A stretch of 27,216 nucleotides of DNA from a virus (lineage: Duplodnaviria; Caudoviricetes): positions 1-27,216 of IMG/VR virus record IMGVR_UViG_3300037484_001943. One strand, written 5' to 3'. How positions within the stretch are numbered: the first letter of the stretch is position 1; the number at the start of each line of letters is the position of its first letter. Made by a program: the position numbers and the translations under genes. Below, in pieces: positions 1 through 8,773 of this stretch. The notes below the pieces were generated by a model. That model searched no databases and was not told the DNA's origin. It was given only the letters and a program-made list of their open reading frames with translations.

Positions 1-21
1 GATGTGTGTTGAGGTGGGCCC

Positions 22-2706
22 TCACTCCTGCAAGAACGCGGTGCCGGCGCCGAATTGTTCGGTCTCGGTGTCGTATTGGAAGTCAAAGGGGGCTTGAACG
101 GTGCGGTCGGCCGAATCGACGACAGTGGCGCCGGTGGCCATCTTGAGCCGGCCGCCGCTGATCTCGGCGAAGAAGGTGGAGAACGTGGTGACGCTGTCTC
201 CATCGCCGCTTGGGTCACGGGAATCGATGATCTTGGTGGTGGCGACGTCGATCAGCGTCGGTTCGGTAACCTGGTAGAAGCCGACATTCTCGAAGACCGG
301 TGTTTCCACGCCGGGCAGGCGTTCATCGTAAATGAGGCCGGAGCCGACGATCGGCGCCCCGGGGTACTGGTCGCCGGCATCGGACGGCTTTGGGTCGCCC
401 CGGTCGGAGGTGGCTCGCCGGGCGGCCTCGAACCCGAAAGGGTCCGGGTTGCCATCGTACTCGACGCGGACGCCGCGGCGCAGGTCGTAGCGGATCGGCA
501 GGGCCCCGGTGGCGTTTCGGCCGATGCCCGTGCCGCCCGCGAATCCCTCTTCCTCCTCGATTGGCGTGGGGAATCGCAACTCCTGCGAAACGTCAGCCGG
601 GTAGGCAAAATCGTAGGGCTCCATCTGGCCGGCCTTGACGGGCGCCCAACACTCAAAATCGATCGAGTGGGTCTCCGAGTTGTAGTCGGCCTTCTCGATC
701 AACGCCAGTACGTCGGAGTTGGCCACATAGGGCGAGTTGAAATCGAGCGTCACGGCGTCGAAGGTTTCGAGGTTGAGCTTGGTGAGCGGCGTACTGAACC
801 GGACCTTTTTCCAGGTGTTGGCGAAGCGGATCAGCCAGAAGGTGGCGCTCTTGAGAACCATGTCGAGCTTGTTGTAGATGTAGAAGTCGAACTCGCGTTC
901 CTTGGTGCCGTACTTCTTGACGTTGTGCCGCAGAATGACCTTGTTGGCCTCTTGCTGGGCACCGGTGGCCCGCCATCGGGCGACGAGTTTCGTGACCAGG
1001 TCCTCGGTGGTCGTGTGCAATAACTCGAAGGTACCGGCCTCGACGTCCGACTCGGTGATCGTGCCGGCGGGCGTCGGTTCCGCCGGGAGATATTGAAGAT
1101 AGAACGTGTTGTCCTTGAGCACGATGGCCGAGCGGGCCTGGAAGGCGATCTCTTCCAGGGCCTGGAGGATCTGCTTGCGGTCGGTCAGGGCGAAATGGCT
1201 CGGATAGTTGGCCAACCGGGTCCGCACGTCGCCAAACGAAGCGGCGTCGGTGTCAAACTCCGTGTTCTCTTCGATCAGGTATTCCAGGATATCGACCGTG
1301 TTCGGTCCCACGTCGCCTTGGAATGTGATGTAGATTTGGTCATCCCAGTTCAGGTCCGTTCGTTTCGAGAGGGCGTCGTCGAGCGTAACCATCGTGGCCG
1401 TGATCGGGCCGTACTCTTCGGTCGCGACGGCGTAGAAATCCTCGGGCACGTCGATCAGGAACCGCCGCCCGGCGGATTGGATGAATGCCTTGACGCTTCT
1501 TACTATGCCGGGCGTGATACTGGCGACGAACCGTTGCGGCTCGGACGCGGCCACGCGGACCTGGGAGCCGGCGTCGGCGAAGAAGTAGCCGGCCGAATCG
1601 CCCACGATGTTGCCGTTGGGCACGAAGCGGTTGAAGCCAAAGGGACCGCTGGGAAAGAGCGTGCCGTCGGCCCTGGGCGTGACCAGCGGCTCGCCCTGCC
1701 GGGGATGCTCGGCCGATTGGACCGACAACTCGTCGGTTTCGCCGAGAAACGCACCGGTGAATTTTGCGCCGTTGACCTCCAGCCTGATCGTGCCACGGGG
1801 GAATTCTTCGCCGCCGAAGACACGAAGGGTCGTAAACTGGGCCGTGGCGCGGAAGGAACCAAAGCCGTCGGATGCGACGAAATCGGCCACGATCGTCTTG
1901 GCCTGGTCGTCGAGCACTTTTAGGGTCTCGGCCTTTTGCCCCTCGAATCGGTCCCGGTTGGCCAAAAAGCCTTCCAGTTGCTTCTTGAGTTCTTCGTCGC
2001 CCGAGTTGGCCGCCTCACCGGTTGTGGTGAAGCCGTTCTTGGTCAGCCAATCGGAGATGTTGTGGTTGATGTAGTTGAGGATGCGGTTGATGGCGAACAT
2101 CCGGTAGGGCAACAAGAAATCGACGATCCCCACGCCGATGGCCAGCGTCCCGGCCGCCGGTTCCGAAAGCGGCACCCCCTGGACGTGGACGCAGGTCCCA
2201 AAGCACATCGGCCACGGCCGGCCGATCAGGTCCTCGGGAATACTCTCGAACTGCCCTTCCTCGGGCGAGAAACCGATCTCGGCGTCTTCGATCTGGGAGA
2301 TGATGTCGAAAGAGATGGTGCGGTCGCCCTCGCTCCAGACCACCGGCGAGCTGATCTTCCCGCGGAACAAGAGGGATTTTTCGGACAGGTCCAGACCGTC
2401 GAAGTATTGGAAGACGCGGACGTCGCGTTGGTGAACGTCGTGCGTGTCGAGGATGGCCTTGAGCGAGCCGTCGCTGTCATCGAGCATGACGCTCAGTTGC
2501 TGGGAGTCGGCGTTGCCCGAGACGTTGATCACGTTATCCAGCGGGCCGACTTCGAGGATGCGGCCGGGGATGGGGCCGATGGCGCGATCGGCGTAGGAAA
2601 GTGGAGCGTCGCCGCCGGTCCAATCGACTTCGATGATCGTCACCGGCTCGTTGCCCAGCTTCGTGGCGAGCTTCGCCAGGGCCGATGCCGAGATGCTACG
2701 GACCAT
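22..2706 (-). CDS. Phage tail hub / central tail-tip (baseplate, Tal- or gpJ-like) protein, about 894 aa
   Basis: Long ORF at the distal end of the tail operon, directly after a Dit-like gene. ATG at 2706 follows a purine-rich RBS (GAAGGAAAGAAGG) and overlaps the upstream gene end. Hub-like segments are present (LLFRGKISSPVVWSEGDRTISFDI; LETFDAVTLDF). Function is inferred from position. Confidence 0.7.
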   Translation of the reverse strand: MVRSISASALAKLATKLGNEPVTIIEVDWTGGDAPLSYADRAIGPIPGRILEVGPLDNVINVSGNADSQQLSVMLDDSDGSLKAILDTHDVHQRDVRVFQYFDGLDLSEKSLLFRGKISSPVVWSEGDRTISFDIISQIEDAEIGFSPEEGQFESIPEDLIGRPWPMCFGTCVHVQGVPLSEPAAGTLAIGVGIVDFLLPYRMFAINRILNYINHNISDWLTKNGFTTTGEAANSGDEELKKQLEGFLANRDRFEGQKAETLKVLDDQAKTIVADFVASDGFGSFRATAQFTTLRVFGGEEFPRGTIRLEVNGAKFTGAFLGETDELSVQSAEHPRQGEPLVTPRADGTLFPSGPFGFNRFVPNGNIVGDSAGYFFADAGSQVRVAASEPQRFVASITPGIVRSVKAFIQSAGRRFLIDVPEDFYAVATEEYGPITATMVTLDDALSKRTDLNWDDQIYITFQGDVGPNTVDILEYLIEENTEFDTDAASFGDVRTRLANYPSHFALTDRKQILQALEEIAFQARSAIVLKDNTFYLQYLPAEPTPAGTITESDVEAGTFELLHTTTEDLVTKLVARWRATGAQQEANKVILRHNVKKYGTKEREFDFYIYNKLDMVLKSATFWLIRFANTWKKVRFSTPLTKLNLETFDAVTLDFNSPYVANSDVLALIEKADYNSETHSIDFECWAPVKAGQMEPYDFAYPADVSQELRFPTPIEEEEGFAGGTGIGRNATGALPIRYDLRRGVRVEYDGNPDPFGFEAARRATSDRGDPKPSDAGDQYPGAPIVGSGLIYDERLPGVETPVFENVGFYQVTEPTLIDVATTKIIDSRDPSGDGDSVTTFSTFFAEISGGRLKMATGATVVDSADRTVQAPFDFQYDTETEQFGAGTAFLQE

Positions 2707-3097
2707 CCTTCTTTCCTTCAAACTCAATGGTAATCACTTGGGTCTCTCCACGGGGCATGGGGGCGATCGCCGGCGCGGCGCGAGCGGTGGTCTCGAACTC
2801 GAACGGATTACTGATGAAGTTGCCGACCCATGCCTGGCCGCTATGGTCGGTCACTTTGATCTTGGAAGGGAAGTAGGACTTGATAAACGCCCGAAGCTCC
2901 AGGCCTTTGTTGCGGGTGAGCCGAAAGGTCCACCGGAACCGGCGGCGTCCCTTCTGTTTGACGTAGGTATAGCGCGTGCCGTCCATTGCCCGTTTCACCG
3001 ACAACGATGCCACCACGTTCTCCTGATCGCCAAACGTGGGCCGGGGCAGGATGGTCGACGTCTGGATGCCGGGGTACGGAGCTTGAAGTTGGAACAT
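2696..3097 (-). CDS. Distal tail (Dit / lambda gpM-like) protein
   Basis: 133 aa with RBS (GGAGAACAGGCC-ATG), immediately upstream of the hub gene. Pattern 'AMDGTRYTY...FRWTF.L...L..FI....DHSGQAWVG...IEFEG' resembles small distal tail proteins. Confidence 0.6.
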   Translation of the reverse strand: MFQLQAPYPGIQTSTILPRPTFGDQENVVASLSVKRAMDGTRYTYVKQKGRRRFRWTFRLTRNKGLELRAFIKSYFPSKIKVTDHSGQAWVGNFISNPFEFETTARAAPAIAPMPRGETQVITIEFEGKKDGP

Positions 3098-3136
3098 GGC
3101 CTGTTCTCCGTCAAGAAAGACAGTATCACGCCAATA

Positions 3137-3478
3137 TTAGCCGGACGGGGGTGGCGGGAATTGGTCGTTGATCGCCTGGATGGTGTCCACAAAATCCGTG
3201 GTCCCATCCCGCATATCGCGGAAGATCATCATCAACATTCGATGCACGGACGGGTACGCCCGGCGACGTCGCCGCAGATACCGCTCCTTTTGGTCAAGAA
3301 GCCTCTGTGCCGGCGGGCGGGGATCGTCCGCCAAGTCGCCGGTCTCCGGGTCGAAGTAAAACTCTTGGGGACCATCCCACTCGACGATCTCGCATTCCGT
3401 CAGGTCGTAGCGGTCCAGGATGTTCACTTCGTCCGGATAGACCGCCTGGACTTTTCCATTCTTGATGACAAGCTGCAC
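3137..3478 (-). CDS. Small tail-fibre-associated (assembly chaperone-like) protein
   Basis: GTG at 3478 with a GGAGGAG RBS. The C-terminal 'RRRAYPSV..ML..I..D....D.I.AINDQFPPP' matches the motif seen in small genes that follow phage tail fibres. Lies right after the fibre gene. Confidence 0.55.
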   Translation of the reverse strand: MQLVIKNGKVQAVYPDEVNILDRYDLTECEIVEWDGPQEFYFDPETGDLADDPRPPAQRLLDQKERYLRRRRRAYPSVHRMLMMIFRDMRDGTTDFVDTIQAINDQFPPPPSG

Positions 3479-3497
3479 GGTTCGCTCCTCCAAGATA

Positions 3498-3530
3498 GGC
3501 AACCGGGGTGGACATTCGGCCCCTGTTGCC
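3498..3530. other. Intergenic stem-loop downstream of the tail fibre gene
   Basis: GGCAACCGGGG (3498-3508) and CCCCTGTTGCC (3520-3530) form an 11-bp stem with one mismatch; there is no clear U-tract. Confidence 0.35.
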
Positions 3531-3545
3531 CGGGTCCGCCAAAGG

Positions 3546-5996
3546 TCAGTACGGGCCGCCCTTCATCACCGCCCCATAGTTGCCGGTCGTATCTCTCGCG
3601 GGGCTGCAGGTGGCCGTGCTGTCGTAATAGACCTGGCTGGCCGAGACATCCTCTGCCTGGGCCAGCATTCCCGCACTGTTGGCCGTGTAAAGCACATGGT
3701 TGGTGGCGTGCTTGATGGAACCACCGCCGAAGTCGATCCAAGAACCGTCCGAAGAGAGAATGCCGCTTGCCCCGACCCCGGTCACGTGGGCACCGCTGGC
3801 GCTGATCGTGGCACCGGTCAGCGCGTAAAGCCCCGCATTGTTGCAGCCGGACAGGTAGCCCCAGCGAAAGTTGACCGTGGCGCCATTGTTGGCCAGGATC
3901 CCGTATTGATGGCAACAACTGATGAAGGCATCATCGGCAAACACCATGGCGTTGTTCTGGGCGTAGATCCCACGCTGCCACCCACGGAGGCCCGTCGTAC
4001 TGCCAAGACGGATCAATGGCGAGTTCAACGTCCAGATGCCGTAGTCGCAACTGGAGTTGTTCTCGTTTCCCTGAATCACCAGGTCCTTCCAATGGCCCAA
4101 ATGATAGGGACCATCTGCCTTGAGGCCGTTACTGCCGGTGAAGTTCAACACGGTCCTCACCAGGACGCAGTCGAAGTTGATGGTTCCGCTGGCATGATCA
4201 CAGCCGGCCCGATGGACGATACGAATCGTGGCCAGGTTACTGGCAAAACTCTCGACCTTGTGGCAACCATTCAGGGCCGCGGGATTCGTCCCTCCGCTGG
4301 CGTTGTAGATCAGGATGTAGTCACCGGCAGAGAGCGTGGTTCCTCCGGCGAAGGTGATGGTCGCGGTATAGTAATCGAGGTCGCCCGACACGGTAGCAAG
4401 ATCGTAATCCGTCCCACCGATCGACGTGGTTGACTTGCCGGTAATCGTCTCGGCATCCCCGTCAAAAGTAACCTGAGCGCCAAAAGGATGCCTGAACTCC
4501 AAAGGGCTTGTATGCGAGTAAACCCCCGGCCCGATGTCCACGGTGACGTTGTGCTCGCCCATGAACATCGTGTTGAGTTCTTCAACGGCCCTGGCTACCG
4601 TGGCGAAGGGATAGACCGAGGACCCACTGTTGACCAGATCATTTCCGGTTGCCTTGTTGACGAAGATCGTCTCGTCGCCGAGAAGCCGCCGAGGGGACAG
4701 ATCCGTCTTGCAGGTGACGATATTGCCGATCCCGCTTTCATCACCGAGAATGCTGACTTCCCACCCTGTCGCGAACCCCGTCTGACCCGCGAAGCCGGCC
4801 GTGACTTCCATGAGATGAACTTGAGGGTAGTCCCATCGCGTGGTCGTCGTCCCCAAGAGGATGCAGCACTTCGACCCATCATGCGCCAAACGCACCGACG
4901 TGAATGGGCACATCGCGCCTCGTAGGATGGCACTGTGGTTGTACCAGGCTCCGGTGGCGTAGTTGTAACCTCCAACGACGACTTCCCAAGGGCCGCTTTT
5001 CCGAGCATAGTTGTAACCCCGAATCCGGACGGTCAACATGGTGCTGCTCCAGGAGACCGGCAGCGTGATTTTCATGGTGCCGTTGGAGGCTCCGTTGGGG
5101 CCCTTGTAGGAATAGACATCGTGGTAGATCCGGTTACCGCCCGAGTTGGCTTGCGTCCCCAGGAAGGCACCCGAGGCGGTCACGTTGGCGGCCGACGCAT
5201 CGCCGGTCACCGCCAGGTCGCCGGTGACCGATACGCCACTGGTGTCGGCCGTGAAGACATAATTGGGCGTATACGAGTTGCCGTCCGTCAGTCCGGCATC
5301 GGCGGCGATGCTCAGATAGCCGGTACCGAAATAGATTCCGGATGCCGTCGACGATCTCGCCAACCAGTTCCCACCCGACCAATAATGGGCCCCGCACGCA
5401 ATCACAGCGGCACTGGAACCCCACGAACCGGCAAACAGACCGTAGGCGTTGTTTGCCGAATGCAAATGCAACTGTGCGCCGAAGTAGCCGCCCGCATAGG
5501 GGCTTTCTACGTCGACCCTGGCGTAGCCGTATCGTGAGGCGGGACCTACGCTGAGATGGCCCGTGGTCGACAAATCCTCATTGTCGAAGCTGATTGCGCC
5601 GGTGTCGCTGGTAATCGCCGCGCCGTTGATGGTGATGTTGTCAACCATCAGAGACGTTAGACCGGCAAGATCCGTCGTCCAACTCATCGATCCATCGGAT
5701 GCGCCCGTCAATACGGAATTGTCCACCGCGGGCGCCGGAAGATCCCAACAGGGCGGCTGAGCCACCCAGCCGGCCGCACCCGCCCCCGTTGAGACGAGAA
5801 CCTGATCGGCGCCCGTGGGATCGCCGAAGTCGGGAGCCCTTTGGGCCCAAACCGCGTTGCCCGAGGCATCCGCCGTGAGGAGATTGTTTTCCGTGCCGCC
5901 GGACGTCGGAAGCGTCCACCCGCCCACGTCGAGCGCCTGCCCGGCTGGCAACTGTCGCAGTCTGCCCTGGTCGATGGTGAGAGGTCGGTACGGCAT
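3546..5996 (-). CDS. Tail fibre / tailspike receptor-binding protein with C-terminal pectin-lyase-like beta-helix, about 816 aa
   Basis: Likely start is ATG 5996 (MPYRPLTIDQG) after GAGGGCG; the longer ORF start overlaps the upstream gene. G/S/T-rich with three N-terminal fibre repeats ending in W. Contains 'IFVNKATGNDLVNSGSSVYPFATVARAVEEL', a motif typical just before beta-helices, and repeated 'GI.A.....' rungs at the C-terminus. Confidence 0.75.
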   Translation of the reverse strand: MPYRPLTIDQGRLRQLPAGQALDVGGWTLPTSGGTENNLLTADASGNAVWAQRAPDFGDPTGADQVLVSTGAGAAGWVAQPPCWDLPAPAVDNSVLTGASDGSMSWTTDLAGLTSLMVDNITINGAAITSDTGAISFDNEDLSTTGHLSVGPASRYGYARVDVESPYAGGYFGAQLHLHSANNAYGLFAGSWGSSAAVIACGAHYWSGGNWLARSSTASGIYFGTGYLSIAADAGLTDGNSYTPNYVFTADTSGVSVTGDLAVTGDASAANVTASGAFLGTQANSGGNRIYHDVYSYKGPNGASNGTMKITLPVSWSSTMLTVRIRGYNYARKSGPWEVVVGGYNYATGAWYNHSAILRGAMCPFTSVRLAHDGSKCCILLGTTTTRWDYPQVHLMEVTAGFAGQTGFATGWEVSILGDESGIGNIVTCKTDLSPRRLLGDETIFVNKATGNDLVNSGSSVYPFATVARAVEELNTMFMGEHNVTVDIGPGVYSHTSPLEFRHPFGAQVTFDGDAETITGKSTTSIGGTDYDLATVSGDLDYYTATITFAGGTTLSAGDYILIYNASGGTNPAALNGCHKVESFASNLATIRIVHRAGCDHASGTINFDCVLVRTVLNFTGSNGLKADGPYHLGHWKDLVIQGNENNSSCDYGIWTLNSPLIRLGSTTGLRGWQRGIYAQNNAMVFADDAFISCCHQYGILANNGATVNFRWGYLSGCNNAGLYALTGATISASGAHVTGVGASGILSSDGSWIDFGGGSIKHATNHVLYTANSAGMLAQAEDVSASQVYYDSTATCSPARDTTGNYGAVMKGGPY

Positions 5997-6016
5997 AAGC
6001 GCCCTCGTCCGGTGAA

Positions 6017-6048
6017 ATTCGGCCAGCGGGATAGCCCGCCGGCCGAAT
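6017..6048 (-). terminator. Stem-loop upstream of the fibre gene (possible terminator or mRNA-processing hairpin)
   Basis: Minus strand ATTCGGCCGGCGGG-CTAT-CCCGCTGGCCGAAT gives a 14-bp stem with one G-U pair; only a short T run follows. Confidence 0.4.
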
Positions 6049-6057
6049 GGTGTCCGC

Positions 6058-6540
6058 CTAGAGCAGGATCGGTTGCGAGACGGAAATCTCCATTTCCGTG
6101 GTGGAGATGGCCCGGCCGACACGCACCACGAACTGCCCGACCGTGGTTGGAGCGGTCTGGGTGAGGGTTCCGGGGGTGGAGGGATCCAGATAATAGACGG
6201 CACCCGCCGTCAGGCCACCCGTTTCGCCGGTGACGGTGTCCCACTGCCCGGTCGTTGCGGACAAGACGCCGTCGGTCTGGATGGCACCGGAAGCCGCCGC
6301 CGCAATGGACGAATCGCGGACCAGGCCCAAGACCTCCACCGTCGCCCCGGCATCGGCTTGGGCCAGGTCGACGTTTCCATTCGACTTGGTGTAGACCGGC
6401 TGGCCGATGACGATCGAACCAAGATTATCGTTCTGCTTGGCAACGACGTCGACTTCACTGACGCTGGCGTCCAGCACGTCACTCGATTGCAGCTGCTGGA
6501 TCTGCCCGTCCACAATCACGAGGGGTTTACGCGAAGCCAT
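6058..6540 (-). CDS. Virion structural protein with a DUF2190/cement-like domain, 160 aa
   Basis: ATG 6540 with an AAAGGAG RBS. Motif 'IGQPVY...G.V.LAQA.....V.GL......G.I.T.G.....GLTAGAVYYLDP..PG.LT.TAP' is also present at the C-terminus of the upstream gene. Confidence 0.6.
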   Translation of the reverse strand: MASRKPLVIVDGQIQQLQSSDVLDASVSEVDVVAKQNDNLGSIVIGQPVYTKSNGNVDLAQADAGATVEVLGLVRDSSIAAAASGAIQTDGVLSATTGQWDTVTGETGGLTAGAVYYLDPSTPGTLTQTAPTTVGQFVVRVGRAISTTEMEISVSQPILL

Positions 6541-6554
6541 CGCAAGATCTCCTT

Positions 6555-8075
6555 TTACAAAAGAATAGGAAGCTCGATTTCCACATCGAGCAGATGGGCA
6601 GAAACGGCCCTGCCAATGCGAACCACAAAATGCCCCTGGGCCGTCGGGGCCGTTTTGGTGATCCGCCCGGCGGTCAAGGGGTCCAAGAAATAGGTGACAC
6701 CGACCGACAAGAGCGCCGTGCCGGCCACTTCGGTCCAATCCGTCCGCTCGACCCGGCCTTCGGTGAGATACCGGCAGGCAAATCCCGCCAAAACGTCCGA
6801 GATCGACACGCCGGCCACTTGCGTTGTCCCGGCGGCCGATGCCTGGGCCGGATTGACGTGGCCGATGCCCGTCAGATAGACCGGCTGGCCGATCTTGACC
6901 TCGGAATCGGCTTCCGCCGTGTGGTAATCGATCGTCTCGGCCATGACCGGCAACAAGGGTTCGTTGGGGACATAGTAACCGCCCTTCTGCGGCGAGCGGA
7001 TCGCCGAATAGCGAAGCGTGGGCGGCACCACCTGCGGGCTCCAGGTTGGATCAAGCTCTCCCTCGAACTCGAAGCCGGCCGAAAAGGAGTCGAACCGGTC
7101 TTCGACAACGGGCTCGTCCGGTGTCGTGATCACGCCCCGCCAGTAGCGATGCTCCCAGTCGATCAGCCCGACCTCCTGCCCGAGATGGTCCTCGATGAAC
7201 GTCAACAGATTCTGGGCCTCCACACGCAAGAGACCTGAGAACGAAAGCACGAGCGTCTCGGTTTTCGGCCAGATTGGATCGGCAAAAACGACCAGGGTTC
7301 CACCGCGTGTCTCGCGGATTACCCGGTTGAAGGCCAACCGATCCTTGTTGCCCAGGTTGGGCGACTTCAGACTGACCGAGTCGGTCACCACGCCCGTCGC
7401 CGGATAGACCAGTTGGAAGGGCACCTCGATGCCCGCCATCGGCCCCTGGAGAGTCGTGGATGGCGGCTCGGGGGCGCTCGGATCATCGCTGAAACCAACG
7501 AACGGGGAATATTGATGTTGGGTCGAGGCCAGGATGAGTGTGTAGGCCGCCGACTGGTTGATCGCCAGCGTCGAGCCGGCGGATTCCGCCCGCGTGAGCG
7601 TCACTCCGGCCGATTGATTCAACGCCAGATCGCTGTCGACCGGCTTACCCGTCTCCCCCGAGGCAGACTGACCCAGCGAGAGTTGCGATTCCGCGTCCCC
7701 GGTGAGGGTCGGATGGCCGTCCTGGCCCAAGTTGACCTGGCTTGTCGCCGAAACACTGGTCCCCGACGCCTTGAGGTGGACGACGTCGGCCCGGTGGGCC
7801 GTTTGCAGGAAGCTCGTGTGCCCCTGCCCCTGCGCGGTTTGTACCTGGGCCGAGTGATCGAGGCCGGAGGAGACTGTGACGAACGAGACGGCAATCGGAT
7901 CATAGACTTCTTCGGTCTCGATCAGTCGGCTGTCCGCTGCCGGACGAACCGTCTTCGCGGCGGCCACGTCCTGGGAAAATCCCAATAGGCTCTCGGCCGT
8001 GGCGCGACGAAGGCTGCACCACGCCGACTGGCTCAGCCCGATTTGGCTCTCCACCAAAACAGTCGTGACACCCAT
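6555..8075 (-). CDS. Multidomain tail protein (S/T/A-rich repeats, Dit-like domain, DUF2190-like domain), 506 aa
   Basis: N-terminal repeats of 'xES.L.L.Q.A'. The middle region resembles the 2696-3097 protein and the C-terminus resembles the 6058-6540 protein. Confidence 0.6.
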   Translation of the reverse strand: MGVTTVLVESQIGLSQSAWCSLRRATAESLLGFSQDVAAAKTVRPAADSRLIETEEVYDPIAVSFVTVSSGLDHSAQVQTAQGQGHTSFLQTAHRADVVHLKASGTSVSATSQVNLGQDGHPTLTGDAESQLSLGQSASGETGKPVDSDLALNQSAGVTLTRAESAGSTLAINQSAAYTLILASTQHQYSPFVGFSDDPSAPEPPSTTLQGPMAGIEVPFQLVYPATGVVTDSVSLKSPNLGNKDRLAFNRVIRETRGGTLVVFADPIWPKTETLVLSFSGLLRVEAQNLLTFIEDHLGQEVGLIDWEHRYWRGVITTPDEPVVEDRFDSFSAGFEFEGELDPTWSPQVVPPTLRYSAIRSPQKGGYYVPNEPLLPVMAETIDYHTAEADSEVKIGQPVYLTGIGHVNPAQASAAGTTQVAGVSISDVLAGFACRYLTEGRVERTDWTEVAGTALLSVGVTYFLDPLTAGRITKTAPTAQGHFVVRIGRAVSAHLLDVEIELPILL

Positions 8076-8127
8076 GAGTTCCCCAGGTCGTCCGCGTGGA
8101 CGGTTACTCTTTCGCTTCTTGCGTGGA

Positions 8128-8736
8128 TTAGGCAGAGACCGTGTAGGTGATCTTGAGTTGATCGCCGTTTTGGACGACCACGTCGCCGCTGGCGAACAGG
8201 GCCGTCGCCCAAAGGGTGCCGCCCGGTTCGTGGTTGCCCTTCAGATTAGCGCCCGCAACCCCACCGACGAGGAACAGGCCCTTGACCGTGCCAGCGACCG
8301 TGATGTCGAAGACCGCCACCGACGAGTTGGTAATCGACTGGGACGAGGCCGCATCGACCGGCCATGCCGGCCGGGTCGTCGGGCTGTCGCCACCCGCGGC
8401 ATCGGTGTAGCCCTGGAACTCGTCCCAGCCGTTGCCCACCTGGTCGATGGCGTCGTAGGTGTCTGTATCGGCCAGCGCCGTATAGCCGGCGTCGTCGATC
8501 AGGCCCAGGAACCAGGAAGTAATCTGGCTCGCAGCGTGGAACTGAACGTCCAAGAGCTTGTTCTTGCCCTCGCTGGTGATGCCGTTGGGGAACTCGCGGG
8601 CATCGATCAGCCGGCCGCCGCGCCAATGCTCGACCGTGAACCGGCCGCGGGGGGTGAAGTCCGACTCGGCCTGCGGCTCGGTGGGACGCACGATCTCGAC
8701 GCCGGCTTCCTGCAAAAGAGTGGGGTGGATTGTCAT
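8128..8736 (-). CDS. Minor tail protein following the tape measure (copy L), 202 aa
   Basis: ATG 8736 after GGAG. Clear paralog of 26352-26960 (FPNGI..EGKNKLLDV.FH; GTVKGLFLVGG; LWATALF; NGDQLK.TYTVSA). Confidence 0.7.
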   Translation of the reverse strand: MTIHPTLLQEAGVEIVRPTEPQAESDFTPRGRFTVEHWRGGRLIDAREFPNGITSEGKNKLLDVQFHAASQITSWFLGLIDDAGYTALADTDTYDAIDQVGNGWDEFQGYTDAAGGDSPTTRPAWPVDAASSQSITNSSVAVFDITVAGTVKGLFLVGGVAGANLKGNHEPGGTLWATALFASGDVVVQNGDQLKITYTVSA

Positions 8737-8773
8737 GGGGTTTACTCCGAAAGAAGAGACGGGTGGGATGGGA

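Noticed and set aside
5997-6203. Upstream extensions of ORFs 3546-6203, 6058-6738, 8128-8901 and 17979-19223
   Set aside because: The first three overlap neighbouring genes. In all four, an internal start has a better RBS or matches a paralogous N-terminus.
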